Source: Verrucomicrobiota bacterium
Lineage (GTDB): Bacteria > Verrucomicrobiota > Kiritimatiellia > Kiritimatiellales > JBHORO01
Assembly (NCBI GenBank): GCA_042566005.1
Contig: JBHORO010000001.1
Coordinates: 9,823 to 73,822, forward strand
DNA length: 64,000 bases
Direction: 5' to 3'
Below, in pieces: positions 54,068 to 63,828 of this stretch. The notes under the pieces are model-generated. The model was not told where the DNA came from and made no database searches. It was given only the letters and a program-made list of their open reading frames with translations. Within the stretch, counting starts at the first letter, position 1. Each line of letters starts with the position of its first letter. Made by a program: the position numbers and the translations under genes.

Positions 54068-55511
54068 ATTCATTTTGCCCATTCTCATTGCCCTGTCCGT
54101 CGGCTTCATCTTGCGCGGATGTTTTGCGTCACCCAAAAGCGAAGCCCCGACATCCGGCATCCAACATCCGGCATCCACCTACACCTGCTCCATGCACCCG
54201 CAGATCAAACTGCCCAAGCCGGGCAAATGCCCGATCTGCTTCATGGACCTGATCCCGCTCGAATCCAGCGCAGAAGAACCCGGCTCCGAACGCGAGCTGA
54301 CCGTCAGCAGGCACGCCGCCAAACTGATGGATATTGAAACGCAGCCCGTCGAACGCCGCACGATCAGCCTCACCGCCCGGATGGTCGGCAAAGTGGCCTA
54401 CGATGAAACCCGCGTCTCCTCCATCACCGCCCGGGTGGCCGGACGAATCGACCGGTTATTTGTCGATTACACCGGAACTCCCGTCGGCAAAGGCGACCCT
54501 ATAATCTCGCTCTACAGCCCCGACCTGCTGACCGCACAGGACGAGCTGCAACAGGCCCTCCGCACAACAGAGAAATTAGAAAAGAGCCGGAGCGTAACGC
54601 TGCGTGACACCGCCGCCAAAACCGTTGAAGCAGCTCGCGAAAAACTACGCCTATGGGGACTGACACCGGCGCAGATTGTCGAGATAGAAAAGCGGGCGAC
54701 ACCTGCTGACCACATCACCATCTACGCCCCGACCAGCGGCATCGTCGTTCACAAAAATGCACAGGAGGGGATGTACGTCAAAACCGGCACCAAAATCTAC
54801 ACGATCGCCGACCTGTCCCAAGTGTGGATAAAACTCGACGCTTATGAATCAGACCTAAGCCAACTGAAAACCGGCAACGAAGTTACATTCACAGCGGAAG
54901 CCTGGCCCAATGACACATTCAAAGGCATCGTCGAATTCATCGATCCCGTCCTGAACGAAAAAACGCGCACCGTCAAAATCCGCGCCAGCGCCCCCAACCC
55001 TGACGGAAAACTGAAGCCGGGAATGTTTGTCAGAGCCGAAGTTCAACGTTTCACCGATGCGGAGCTCATCATTCCGGCCAATGCACCGCTGATCACCGGC
55101 AAACGCGCGGTCGTGTACATCACCCTCCCCGACCGCGAAAAGCCGACCTTTGAAGGCCGCGAAGTCGAACTCGGCGCACGCGCCGGCGATTTCTATATCG
55201 TCAAATCCGGGCTCAACGAAGGCGAGCGAGTCGTAACCCGCGGCGCCTTCAAAATCGATGCCGAGCTACAGCTCCAGGCCAAACCCAACATGATGGATCC
55301 GATCGAAATGCCGGCGCCAGGACCGCAACCACAGACCCTCTGCCCGATTATGGGCGGAGAGATCAGCAAAGAAATCTACACCGACTATCAAGGACAACGC
55401 ATCTACTTCTGCTGCCCGGGCTGCGAACAGACCTTTTTGAGCGACCCGGAAAAACACCTCGAAAAAATGCGCGCGGAAGGCATCAAACCGGAAAAAATTC
55501 ATGAGCATTAG
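54054..55511 (+). CDS. RND efflux periplasmic adaptor (CusB/CzcB-like) with an N-terminal CxxC metal-binding module and a C-terminal YHS/TRASH-like module
   Basis: The HlyD/MFP core reads YAPTSGIVV...VKSGLNEGERVVTRG. The N-terminus has YTCSMHPQIKLPKPGKCPICFMDL. The C-terminus has CPIMGGEISKEIYTDYQGQRIYFCCPGCEQTFLSDPEKHL. Confidence 0.88.
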   Translation: MKQIKFILPILIALSVGFILRGCFASPKSEAPTSGIQHPASTYTCSMHPQIKLPKPGKCPICFMDLIPLESSAEEPGSERELTVSRHAAKLMDIETQPVERRTISLTARMVGKVAYDETRVSSITARVAGRIDRLFVDYTGTPVGKGDPIISLYSPDLLTAQDELQQALRTTEKLEKSRSVTLRDTAAKTVEAAREKLRLWGLTPAQIVEIEKRATPADHITIYAPTSGIVVHKNAQEGMYVKTGTKIYTIADLSQVWIKLDAYESDLSQLKTGNEVTFTAEAWPNDTFKGIVEFIDPVLNEKTRTVKIRASAPNPDGKLKPGMFVRAEVQRFTDAELIIPANAPLITGKRAVVYITLPDREKPTFEGREVELGARAGDFYIVKSGLNEGERVVTRGAFKIDAELQLQAKPNMMDPIEMPAPGPQPQTLCPIMGGEISKEIYTDYQGQRIYFCCPGCEQTFLSDPEKHLEKMRAEGIKPEKIHEH

Positions 55512-58500
55512 AAAAACAAAAGAACAGCAATCCGCGATCGGCAGACTGATCCGCTTCTGCCTGGAAAATAAAATGGTGGTTTATCTGTTCACCATTCTGA
55601 TTCTGGCGGCCGGCCTGCTGACCGCCCCGTTCGACTGGGAACTCGGAGGCTTGCCGCGATACCCCGTACCGGTCGACGCGATCCCGGACATCGGCGAAAA
55701 CCAGCAGATCGTCTTCACCGAATGGATGGGCCGCTCACCGCAGGACGTCGAAGACCAGGTCACCTACCCGCTCACCGTCTCCCTGCTCGGCATTCCGGAA
55801 GTAAAAACCGTGCGTAGCTACTCGATGTTCGGCTTCTCCACGATCTACATCATCTTCAAAGAAAACGCTGAGTTCTACTGGTCGCGCTCACGCGTGCTCG
55901 AAAAAATCAACAGCCTGCCGGCCGGCACCCTGCCCGAAGGCGTGCAGCCGACACTCGGCCCCGACGCAACCGCACTCGGCCAGATTTTCTGGTACACCCT
56001 TGAAGGACGCGATCCCGACGGCAATCCGGCCGGCGGATGGGATCTCGAGGAACTGCGCACGATTCAGGACTGGTATGTCCGCTACTGGTTGCTCGCGGCA
56101 AACGGCATCGCCGAAGTCGCCTCGGTCGGCGGCTACCAGCGCGAATACCAGATCGACGTTGATCCTGACGCCATGCGCGCCTACGGCGTCTCACTCGCCG
56201 AAGTCTCCCGCGCGGTCAAAGCCTCCAACATGGATGTCGGGGCCAAGATGATTGAACTCAACCGTGCCGAATACCTGATCCGCGGAATCGGGTTCATCAA
56301 AGAACCGGCCGACATCGAAAACAGCGTAATCAAGGTTAACGATAACGTGCCGGTCCTCGTGAAACAGGTCGCCACGGTCGCGCTCGGGCCGGCCCTGCGC
56401 CGCGGCGCACTCGACAAGGAAGGCGCGCAGGCTGTGGGTGGCGTAGTCGTCGCGCGCTACGGCGACAACCCGCTGGCCGCCATTAAAAACGTGAAAGCCA
56501 AAATCGCCGAAGTCGCACCCGCCCTGCCTGAAAAAACGTTGCCCGACGGAACCGTCAGCAAAGTCACGCTCGTCCCGTTCTACGACCGAACCGGCCTGAT
56601 TTATGAAACACTCGGCACCCTGAATGAAGCAATCACACTTGAGGTACTAATCACGATTGTGGTTGTACTGATCATGGTGCTTCATTTCAGCAGCGGCGTA
56701 CTGATCAGCGGCATGCTCCCGCTGGCGGTCCTGCTCTGCTTTGCGGCCATGAAATTATTCCATGTTGACGCAAACATCGTCGCCCTCTCCGGCATCGCGA
56801 TCGCCATCGGCACGATCGTTGATATGGGCATCGTCATCTGCGAAAATATTCTGCGCCACCTCAACCGGGCCGAGCCGGAGGAATCGAAAATCGAAGTGGT
56901 GCATCGCGCCGCATCCGAAGTCGGCGGCGCCGTGCTGACCGCCGTGCTGACTACCGTCGTCAGCTTCCTGCCCGTCTTCACCATGACCGGCGCCGAAGGC
57001 AAATTGTTCAAGCCGCTCGCCTTCACCAAAACCTTCGCCCTGCTCGCCTCCATCACGATTGCACTGACAATTCTACCGCCTCTTGCCCACAGCTTTTTCC
57101 GGCGAAAGGAGAGCCCCCTTGCAGGTCGAAAATCGATACGCGAATGGGCGCGCGAGCACCGTGCCATTCTGATCTGCGTAGCGGCGGTCGGCATCCTGCT
57201 GACCCTCAAGTGGGAACCGCTCGGTCCGGAAAAAGGAAATATCCTGAACCTGCTGTTTGTGGCGCTGCTGATCGGCGGGCTACTCGGACTCTTCAAACTG
57301 TTCCAGCACTTCTACACCCGCATCCTGCGCTGGTGCCTGGAGCACAAGTTGCTCTTTCTGCTGATCCCGGCGACGATCATTATTCTCGGCTTCAGCGCCT
57401 GGCGGACGCTCGGCAAAGAGTTCATGCCCGCTCTCGACGAAGGCTCGTTCCTTTACATGCCCACGACCACCGCCAACGCCTCTATCGGCGAAGCGCTGGA
57501 CGTCCTCTCCAAGCAGGACATGGCCTTTGCTGCGATTCCCGAAATTGATTCCGTAGTCGGCAAACTCGGCCGCGCCGAAACCCCGCTCGACCCGGCGCCG
57601 GTCTCGATGATCGAAACGGTCATCAACTACAAGCCGGAATACAAAACCAACAAGGACGGCCAGCGCATCAACTTCCGCTATAATCGTAAAACGCGCGAGT
57701 TTGAGCGCGACGGAAACGACGACCTGATTCCCGATAAAGGCGGCCGGCCCTATCGCCAGTGGCGCGAGCATATTCACTCGCCCGATGATATCTGGAACGA
57801 AATCGTCAAAGCCGGCAAAATTCCCGGCACCACCTCGGCCCCGAAACTGCAACCCATCGCCACGCGTATCGTCATGCTCCAAAGTGGTATGCGCGCTCCG
57901 ATGGGCGTGAAGGTCAAGGGCCCCTCGCTTGATGCCATCGAACAAACCGGCATCGAAATCGAACGCCTGCTCAAGCAGGTTCCATCGGTCGAGGCCGCGA
58001 CGGTCGTCGCCGACCGGATCGTCGGCAAGCCGTATCTGGAAATCGTGCCGGAGCGCACGGCCCTCGCCCGCTACGGCGTTCCGATCCAGTCGTTCCAGAA
58101 GGTAATCGAAACCGCCATCGGCGGCATACGCCTGACCACCACCGTCGAGGGCCGCGAACGCTTTCCGGTACGCGTGCGCTACCAGCGCGAACTGCGCGAC
58201 AGCATCGAAGAGATGCAGCGTATCCTCGTGCCCGGCTCCGGCGGCGTGCAGATCCCGCTGACTCAACTCGCAGAAATCCGGTACGTGCGCGGGCCACAGG
58301 CCATCAAAAGCGAAGACACCTTCCTGATCGGATACGTCGTCTTCGACAAAAAACCGGGCTACGCTGAAGTCGATGTGGTCGAAGAAAGTCAGGCTTTCCT
58401 GCAGAGCAAAATCGAAAGCGGCGAACTGCAGATACCTGCCGGAGTCAGTTACAGATTCGCCGGTTCCTACGAAAATCAACTGCGGGCGACAAAGACGCTC

Positions 58501-59067
58501 TCGATCATCCTGCCGCTGGCGCTGTTCGTTATCTTCATGATCATCTACTTCCAGTTCCGCTCGGCTCCCGTCACGCTGCTCGTTTTCTCCGGCATCTTTG
58601 TGGCCTGGGCCGGCGGCTTCCTTCTCGTTTGGATGTACGGACAGGACGGGTTCCTGAACTTCAGCCTGTTCGGCGTCTCCCTGCGCGAGCTGTTCCAAGT
58701 GCACCCGATCAACATGAGCGTCGCCGTCTGGGTCGGATTTCTCGCACTCTTCGGCATTGCTACCGACAACGGAGTCATCCAGTCCACCTACCTTGAACAA
58801 ACCTTCCGTGAACGCAAACCCGACACCATTGACGGCATACGCGAGGCCACCGTGAACGCCGCCGAGCGGCGCGTCCGCCCGTGCCTGATGACCTCGGCGA
58901 CGACCATCCTGGCCCTACTGCCCGTCCTCGCCTCCACCGGACGCGGCAGCGATGTGATGGTGCCGATGGCGATCCCCTCATTCGGGGGAATGCTGGTGGT
59001 TATGATCAGCATTTTCATGGTGCCCGTACTCTACTGCTGGCTGAAGGAGCGCAAGGTTTCCAAATAA
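55501..59067 (+). CDS. heavy-metal efflux RND permease (CusA/CzcA family), long form
   Basis: 1188-aa ORF with 12-TM RND architecture and conserved AcrB/CzcA segments (GIAIAIGTIVDMGIVICENI, LFGIATDNGVI). It overlaps the adaptor gene by 11 nt. Confidence 0.93.
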   Translation: MSIRKTKEQQSAIGRLIRFCLENKMVVYLFTILILAAGLLTAPFDWELGGLPRYPVPVDAIPDIGENQQIVFTEWMGRSPQDVEDQVTYPLTVSLLGIPEVKTVRSYSMFGFSTIYIIFKENAEFYWSRSRVLEKINSLPAGTLPEGVQPTLGPDATALGQIFWYTLEGRDPDGNPAGGWDLEELRTIQDWYVRYWLLAANGIAEVASVGGYQREYQIDVDPDAMRAYGVSLAEVSRAVKASNMDVGAKMIELNRAEYLIRGIGFIKEPADIENSVIKVNDNVPVLVKQVATVALGPALRRGALDKEGAQAVGGVVVARYGDNPLAAIKNVKAKIAEVAPALPEKTLPDGTVSKVTLVPFYDRTGLIYETLGTLNEAITLEVLITIVVVLIMVLHFSSGVLISGMLPLAVLLCFAAMKLFHVDANIVALSGIAIAIGTIVDMGIVICENILRHLNRAEPEESKIEVVHRAASEVGGAVLTAVLTTVVSFLPVFTMTGAEGKLFKPLAFTKTFALLASITIALTILPPLAHSFFRRKESPLAGRKSIREWAREHRAILICVAAVGILLTLKWEPLGPEKGNILNLLFVALLIGGLLGLFKLFQHFYTRILRWCLEHKLLFLLIPATIIILGFSAWRTLGKEFMPALDEGSFLYMPTTTANASIGEALDVLSKQDMAFAAIPEIDSVVGKLGRAETPLDPAPVSMIETVINYKPEYKTNKDGQRINFRYNRKTREFERDGNDDLIPDKGGRPYRQWREHIHSPDDIWNEIVKAGKIPGTTSAPKLQPIATRIVMLQSGMRAPMGVKVKGPSLDAIEQTGIEIERLLKQVPSVEAATVVADRIVGKPYLEIVPERTALARYGVPIQSFQKVIETAIGGIRLTTTVEGRERFPVRVRYQRELRDSIEEMQRILVPGSGGVQIPLTQLAEIRYVRGPQAIKSEDTFLIGYVVFDKKPGYAEVDVVEESQAFLQSKIESGELQIPAGVSYRFAGSYENQLRATKTLSIILPLALFVIFMIIYFQFRSAPVTLLVFSGIFVAWAGGFLLVWMYGQDGFLNFSLFGVSLRELFQVHPINMSVAVWVGFLALFGIATDNGVIQSTYLEQTFRERKPDTIDGIREATVNAAERRVRPCLMTSATTILALLPVLASTGRGSDVMVPMAIPSFGGMLVVMISIFMVPVLYCWLKERKVSK

Positions 59068-59188
59068 CAAATCCATCATGAATGAATATGACGAGCCGGA
59101 AGAAATAATCTCCCGTTTCCTTCGTTTTCTTCATGATTTTTAATCAGCGACAATGGGGGGTGAAGGGATATAATCAAGTTGAAGGGGG

Positions 59189-59404
59189 TTGATTATGTAT
59201 ATTTATAAATATTCTAAATTCGGCTCCGCAGGTGAAATTCATTACGACACACTCGACCAAGCGCTCGAGCACGCCATCAGCGACCTGGAAACCGGCGAGG
59301 CCGCACCGAAGGAAATCCTCAACGCCAAACGCGAACTCGTCTACGACCTCGATGCCATCACCGCACGCTACAAAGTCCGCGTTGAACGATTTGAAGAGGA
59401 ATAA
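59189..59404 (+). CDS. hypothetical 71-aa protein
   Basis: ORF with GAAGGGGG 6 nt upstream of the ATG and followed by tandem hairpins. I recognise no family. Confidence 0.35.
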   Translation: MIMYIYKYSKFGSAGEIHYDTLDQALEHAISDLETGEAAPKEILNAKRELVYDLDAITARYKVRVERFEEE

Positions 59405-59477
59405 CTCCTCCGACTGAATATGGAGGTTTGCCGAGGACCGCGACCACGAGCTGCAAGGACGCGGCTCCTCAGGCAAC

Positions 59478-59510
59478 AAAAAAACCCAGCCGCGAGAGGC
59501 TGGGTTTTAA
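59478..59510. terminator. bidirectional rho-independent terminator (small ORF/cus side vs fabF)
   Basis: AAAAAAA-CCCAGCC-GCGAGA-GGCTGGG-TTTT. It is preceded by a second, imperfect long hairpin at 59428-59476. Confidence 0.8.
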
Positions 59511-59529
59511 TTAAACACGAAGAATGCGT

Positions 59530-60777
59530 TTAGATTTTTTTGAAGGCGACGGTACCGTTGTGGCCACCGAAACCGAGGGAGTTGCTGAGCGCAACTTTCA
59601 GGTCAACCTCACGCGCTTCGTTCGGCACGTAGTCGAGATCACAGTCCGGATCCGGGTTCTCGTAGTTGATCGTCGGCGTAATGATACCCGTTTCGAGCAT
59701 TTTCGCACAGGCAATCGCCTCGATACCACCAGCAGCACCCAGCAGGTGACCCGTCATGGATTTACCAGAGCTGATCATCATCTTGCGTGCAATCTCTTCA
59801 CCGAAGGCGCGTTTAACGGCAGCTGTTTCGGTTTTGTCGTTCAGCGGAGTGGATGTTCCGTGTGCGTTGAGGTACTGGACTTCGTCCAGGTTCACGCCGG
59901 CATCGGTCGCAGCCAATGTAAGGCAACGTGCTGCCTGTTTCGCTTCCACGTCCGGAGCGGTGATGTGATACGCGTCACACGTACGGCCGTAACCAGCCAC
60001 TTCACAGTAAATTTTCGCGCCGCGCGCTTTTGCACGTTCGTACTCTTCGATTACGAGTACGCCGGCACCTTCACCCATGACGAAACCGCTGCGGTTTGCA
60101 TCAAACGGACGGGATGCGCTCAACGGATCATCATTGCAGTCCGTATTCAGCGCTTTAAGTGCGCAGAAGCCACCCAGGCCGAGCGGGTTGATTGCCGCTT
60201 CAGCACCACCGACAACCATCGCGTCAGCTTCGCCGTGCTGGATGATACGTAGGGCTTCACCGATCGAGTGTGTTGCAGAGGCACAAGCGGTTACGATACC
60301 GAAGTTCGGGCCCTGCAGGCCGAAACGAATTGCCACTTCACCGGACAGGATGTTTCCGATCATTTTCGGAATCATGAACGGAGAAAAGCGTTTCGGTCCT
60401 TTTTTGAAATAGGTGATTTCCTGATTGTGGATCTCCGCCAGGCCACCGACACCGGTGCTGACGATTACCCCGATTTTTTCGGAATCTTCCTGATCCATAT
60501 CCAGGCCGGAGTCCTGCATAGCCTGAACGGCTGCTGCCATGCCGAACTGAACATAAGGATCCATTTTGCGTGCGGTCTTTTTATCGACATACTGCAGCGG
60601 ATCAAAATCTTTCAGCTGGGCGCCGATCTGAGCAGCATACTGATCGATATCGTCCATTCCCTGAATGCGTGCGATACCGGATTTACCGGCCACCAGACTG
60701 TTCCAGTAGGTATCGACATCATTACCAATTGGCGTAACCGCGCCCATACCAGTAATTACAACTCTACGACGTTCCAT
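59530..60777 (-). CDS. fabF: 3-oxoacyl-ACP synthase II
   Basis: 415-aa ORF with RRVVITGMGAVTPIGN, the active-site sequence VTACASATHSIG, and NAHGTSTPLND...SNSLGFGGHN. Confidence 0.96.
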   Translation of the reverse strand: MERRRVVITGMGAVTPIGNDVDTYWNSLVAGKSGIARIQGMDDIDQYAAQIGAQLKDFDPLQYVDKKTARKMDPYVQFGMAAAVQAMQDSGLDMDQEDSEKIGVIVSTGVGGLAEIHNQEITYFKKGPKRFSPFMIPKMIGNILSGEVAIRFGLQGPNFGIVTACASATHSIGEALRIIQHGEADAMVVGGAEAAINPLGLGGFCALKALNTDCNDDPLSASRPFDANRSGFVMGEGAGVLVIEEYERAKARGAKIYCEVAGYGRTCDAYHITAPDVEAKQAARCLTLAATDAGVNLDEVQYLNAHGTSTPLNDKTETAAVKRAFGEEIARKMMISSGKSMTGHLLGAAGGIEAIACAKMLETGIITPTINYENPDPDCDLDYVPNEAREVDLKVALSNSLGFGGHNGTVAFKKI

Positions 60778-60810
60778 GACGTACTCCGAATCTTTTAGAT
60801 AATGTTAGAC

Positions 60811-60843
60811 AAAAAAACGGAAGAAGCCGGAGGGCTTCTTCCG
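60811..60843 (-). terminator. hairpin plus T-run between acpP and fabF (intra-cluster terminator or attenuator)
   Basis: On the minus strand, CGGAAGAAGCC-CTCC-GGCTTCTTCCG forms an 11-bp stem followed by TTTTTTT. Confidence 0.7.
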
Positions 60844-60862
60844 GATAAGGTGCGCGAAGCGA

Positions 60863-61102
60863 TTAAGCCGCGAAACCTTTTTCAGTCAGGTATGCAACCA
60901 CAGCTTTAACTGTTGTCAGCTTCTCTGCGTCTTCGTCCGGGATTTCAGCGCCGAACTCTTCTTCGAAAGCCATAACCAGCTCAACAGTGTCCAGAGAGTC
61001 AGCACCCAGGTCTTCGATGAAAGATGCGTCAGTTGTTACCTGATCCGCATTTACACCCAGCTGCTCAACGATGATGTCTTTTACTTTTTCTTCAATAGCC
61101 AT
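60863..61102 (-). CDS. acpP: acyl carrier protein
   Basis: 79-aa ORF with the phosphopantetheine attachment motif [19 protein letters not shown]. Confidence 0.97.
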   Translation of the reverse strand: MAIEEKVKDIIVEQLGVNADQVTTDASFIEDLGADSLDTVELVMAFEEEFGAEIPDEDAEKLTTVKAVVAYLTEKGFAA

Positions 61103-61142
61103 TTTTATCTCCTTGTTCCTTCTGGAAATTAATCTGTGTAAT

Positions 61143-61889
61143 TTAACTCATAACCATGCCACCGCAAGCAGAAATTACCTGTCCGGTAATGTAGCCTGAG
61201 GCGTCACTTGCCAAAAATGATACGAGGTTTGCAATATCCTCCGGCTCGCCGAAACGCGCCAGCGGAATCTGTGCTTTCATCTTGTTCTGCACGTCCTCGG
61301 AAAGTTCGTCGGTCATCGCGGTGCGAATAAAGCCCGGAGCAACCGCATTTGCACGAATACCGCGGGAAGCCAGCTCGCGTGCAACCGTCTTGGTGAAAGC
61401 AATCACGCCGCCCTTGGAGGCCGTGTAATTCGCCTGACCCGCGTTACCCATCAGCCCCACCACGGAAGCGATGTTCACGATCGCGCCGCTGCGGCGTTTC
61501 ATCATGCCGCGCATTGCGGCTTTTGTGCAGAGAAATGCGCCTTTGAGGTTGATGTCCATAACATCATCCCAGTCCTGTTCGGACATGCGCATCAGCAGAC
61601 CGTCTTTAGTGATACCGGCGTTGTTGACCAGCACATCGATTTTGCCGAGATCTTTTTCGATCGCCTTAAAACCTTCAGTTACGCTTTCGCCATTGGAAAC
61701 TTCGATGGCATAGCACTCCGCGCGAACACCCAGTGCGCGCACTTTTTCAGCTGTGCCCTGCAGGCGCTCGACGCTACGGCCGCACAGTGCAACATCTGCA
61801 CCCTCTGCTGCCAGTTTCAATGCGATTGCTTCGCCGATGCCGCGAGAGGCGCCGGTTACTACTGCTACTTGTCCTTCGTGCTGTCCCAT
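61143..61889 (-). CDS. fabG: 3-oxoacyl-ACP reductase
   Basis: 248-aa SDR with [14 protein letters not shown] and YTASKGG. Its position in the fab cluster fits. Confidence 0.95.
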   Translation of the reverse strand: MGQHEGQVAVVTGASRGIGEAIALKLAAEGADVALCGRSVERLQGTAEKVRALGVRAECYAIEVSNGESVTEGFKAIEKDLGKIDVLVNNAGITKDGLLMRMSEQDWDDVMDINLKGAFLCTKAAMRGMMKRRSGAIVNIASVVGLMGNAGQANYTASKGGVIAFTKTVARELASRGIRANAVAPGFIRTAMTDELSEDVQNKMKAQIPLARFGEPEDIANLVSFLASDASGYITGQVISACGGMVMS

Positions 61890-61891
61890 GA

Positions 61892-62806
61892 TTAAAACTC
61901 CACTTTTTCGAGATCTGAAGAGGTTTCGATGTTAAAGAGGTTGCAACCTCTGTCAATACGCTTAATCAGTCCATTAAGCACTTTACCCGGACCACACTCC
62001 ACAAAAGTGTCAATGCCCTGCTCGCGCATCCACTTCACATCGTCAACCCACAGAACAGAGCCCGTGATCTGATTGACCATATTTTCGCGGATCGCCGCAA
62101 CATCCGCGTGCGCCGCGCCTGTTACATTTGAAAGCACCGGAATCTGCGGTTCGTTCAGTTCAATATCGTTCAAAAACGCGGCCATTTTTTCGGCGGCCGG
62201 ATTCATCAGCGGGGAATGGAACGCACCGGCAACAGCCAGCGGCAGTGCACGTTTAGCGCCCGCCTCTTTCGCGAGTACCGCCGCTTTTTCGATGCCCTCT
62301 TTCAAACCGGAGCATACTACCTGACCCGGAGAGTTGAAGTTCGCAACGTAAATACCCGCCTCTTCAGCAACCGCCTTAACTTTATCGTCATCCAGGCCGA
62401 TCACGGCCAGCATGCCGCCCGGGTTCGCCTCGCAGGCTTCCTGAATAAACTCGCCGCGTGCCTTCAGCGCCTTCAGGCCGTCCTCGAAAGAAATCACGCC
62501 AGCTACGCAGAGTGCCGCCCATTCGCCAAGGCTGTGTCCGGCAGCAGCATCGAAAGTGAGCTCCGGGTTTTTCAGCTTGAGCGCCGTGTAAGCCGCCATG
62601 CTGACAACGAAAATCGCCGGCTGCGTGATGTTGGATTTGGTCAGCTCTTCAGCCGGACCTTCAAAGATGATTGTTTTAAGATCGAAACCGAGCACGTCGT
62701 TAGCCTGATCAAACAGGGCCGCGCACTCCGGGAATGTGTCGTACAGGTCTTTGCCCATGCCGACGCTCTGGGCACCCTGGCCCGGGAACATGACAGCTTT
62801 TTTCAT
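61892..62806 (-). CDS. fabD: malonyl-CoA:ACP transacylase
   Basis: 304-aa ORF with [12 protein letters not shown], the active-site sequence [11 protein letters not shown], and GAFHSPLM. Confidence 0.95.
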   Translation of the reverse strand: MKKAVMFPGQGAQSVGMGKDLYDTFPECAALFDQANDVLGFDLKTIIFEGPAEELTKSNITQPAIFVVSMAAYTALKLKNPELTFDAAAGHSLGEWAALCVAGVISFEDGLKALKARGEFIQEACEANPGGMLAVIGLDDDKVKAVAEEAGIYVANFNSPGQVVCSGLKEGIEKAAVLAKEAGAKRALPLAVAGAFHSPLMNPAAEKMAAFLNDIELNEPQIPVLSNVTGAAHADVAAIRENMVNQITGSVLWVDDVKWMREQGIDTFVECGPGKVLNGLIKRIDRGCNLFNIETSSDLEKVEF

Positions 62807-62823
62807 TGAGGAACCTCCGAAGG

Positions 62824-63813
62824 TTAAAGCTCAAGGACCATAGCGCCCCACGTGAATCCGCCGCCGAATGCGGTCAATAGCACGAGGTCGCCTTCCTTCA
62901 CACGGCCTTCACGTCGCGCCTCGTCGAGAGCGATGCCCAGCGTCGCGCCGGATGTGTTGCCGTATTTTTCCAAATTTATGAAAACTTTTTCAGGTGAACC
63001 AACCCGGTCCACGATGGCGTTAATGATGCGGACGTTTGCCTGATGCGGAATGACCAGCGCAATGTCGTCCATAGTAAGGCCATTTTTTTCGAGCGCTGCG
63101 AATGATGAAGTCACCATGCTTTTAACCGCATGCTTAAACACTTCGCGGCCGCCCATTTTGAGACACTGCTGATGATCGGCCAGCAGATCAGCCGTCAGCG
63201 GCTTGGCGCTGCCGCCCGCCGGAATATGAAGCAGTTCCCACAGCTTGCCATTGGAACCGCAAACAGCATCCGTAATACCGAACTTTTTATCGCCAGCCCT
63301 CAGAACCGCCGCGCCTGCACCGTCACCGAAAAGCACGCACGTTGTGCGGTCATCCCAATCAACGCAAGAGCTCATCTTTTCAGCACCGATTACCAGCGCG
63401 GTCTCAACCGCACCGGATTCAATCTGCGCCTTTACGGTCTGCAAGCCATACAGAAAACCCGTACAGGCCGCAGAGAGGTCGTAGCAGTACGCATTAGAAG
63501 CGCCGATTTTATCCTGAACACGGCAAGCCGTACTCGGCATCTGCATATCGGGAGTCATCGTGGCAACGACAATCAGATCCACATCTTCAGCAGATACACC
63601 CGCATCAGCCAAGGCCTTTTCGGCGGCCGCGGCGGCCATACTGGAAGTGGCCTGATCCCCGGCAGCGACGCGCCGTTCTTTCATGCCGGTACGGGTGAAA
63701 ATCCACTCGTCGGAGGTATCAACCAATTTTTCGAGATCGTGATTGGTCATCACCTTTTCCGGCACATACATGCCTGTTCCGACTATAGAAGCGGTTCGCA
63801 AAGCTTTACTCAT
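62824..63813 (-). CDS. fabH: 3-oxoacyl-ACP synthase III
   Basis: 329-aa ORF with TSDEWIFTRTGMKERR, the active-site Cys in LSAACTGFLY, and HQANVRII...GNTSGATL. Confidence 0.95.
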   Translation of the reverse strand: MSKALRTASIVGTGMYVPEKVMTNHDLEKLVDTSDEWIFTRTGMKERRVAAGDQATSSMAAAAAEKALADAGVSAEDVDLIVVATMTPDMQMPSTACRVQDKIGASNAYCYDLSAACTGFLYGLQTVKAQIESGAVETALVIGAEKMSSCVDWDDRTTCVLFGDGAGAAVLRAGDKKFGITDAVCGSNGKLWELLHIPAGGSAKPLTADLLADHQQCLKMGGREVFKHAVKSMVTSSFAALEKNGLTMDDIALVIPHQANVRIINAIVDRVGSPEKVFINLEKYGNTSGATLGIALDEARREGRVKEGDLVLLTAFGGGFTWGAMVLEL

Positions 63814-63828
63814 TCGAGTCTCCGGTTA

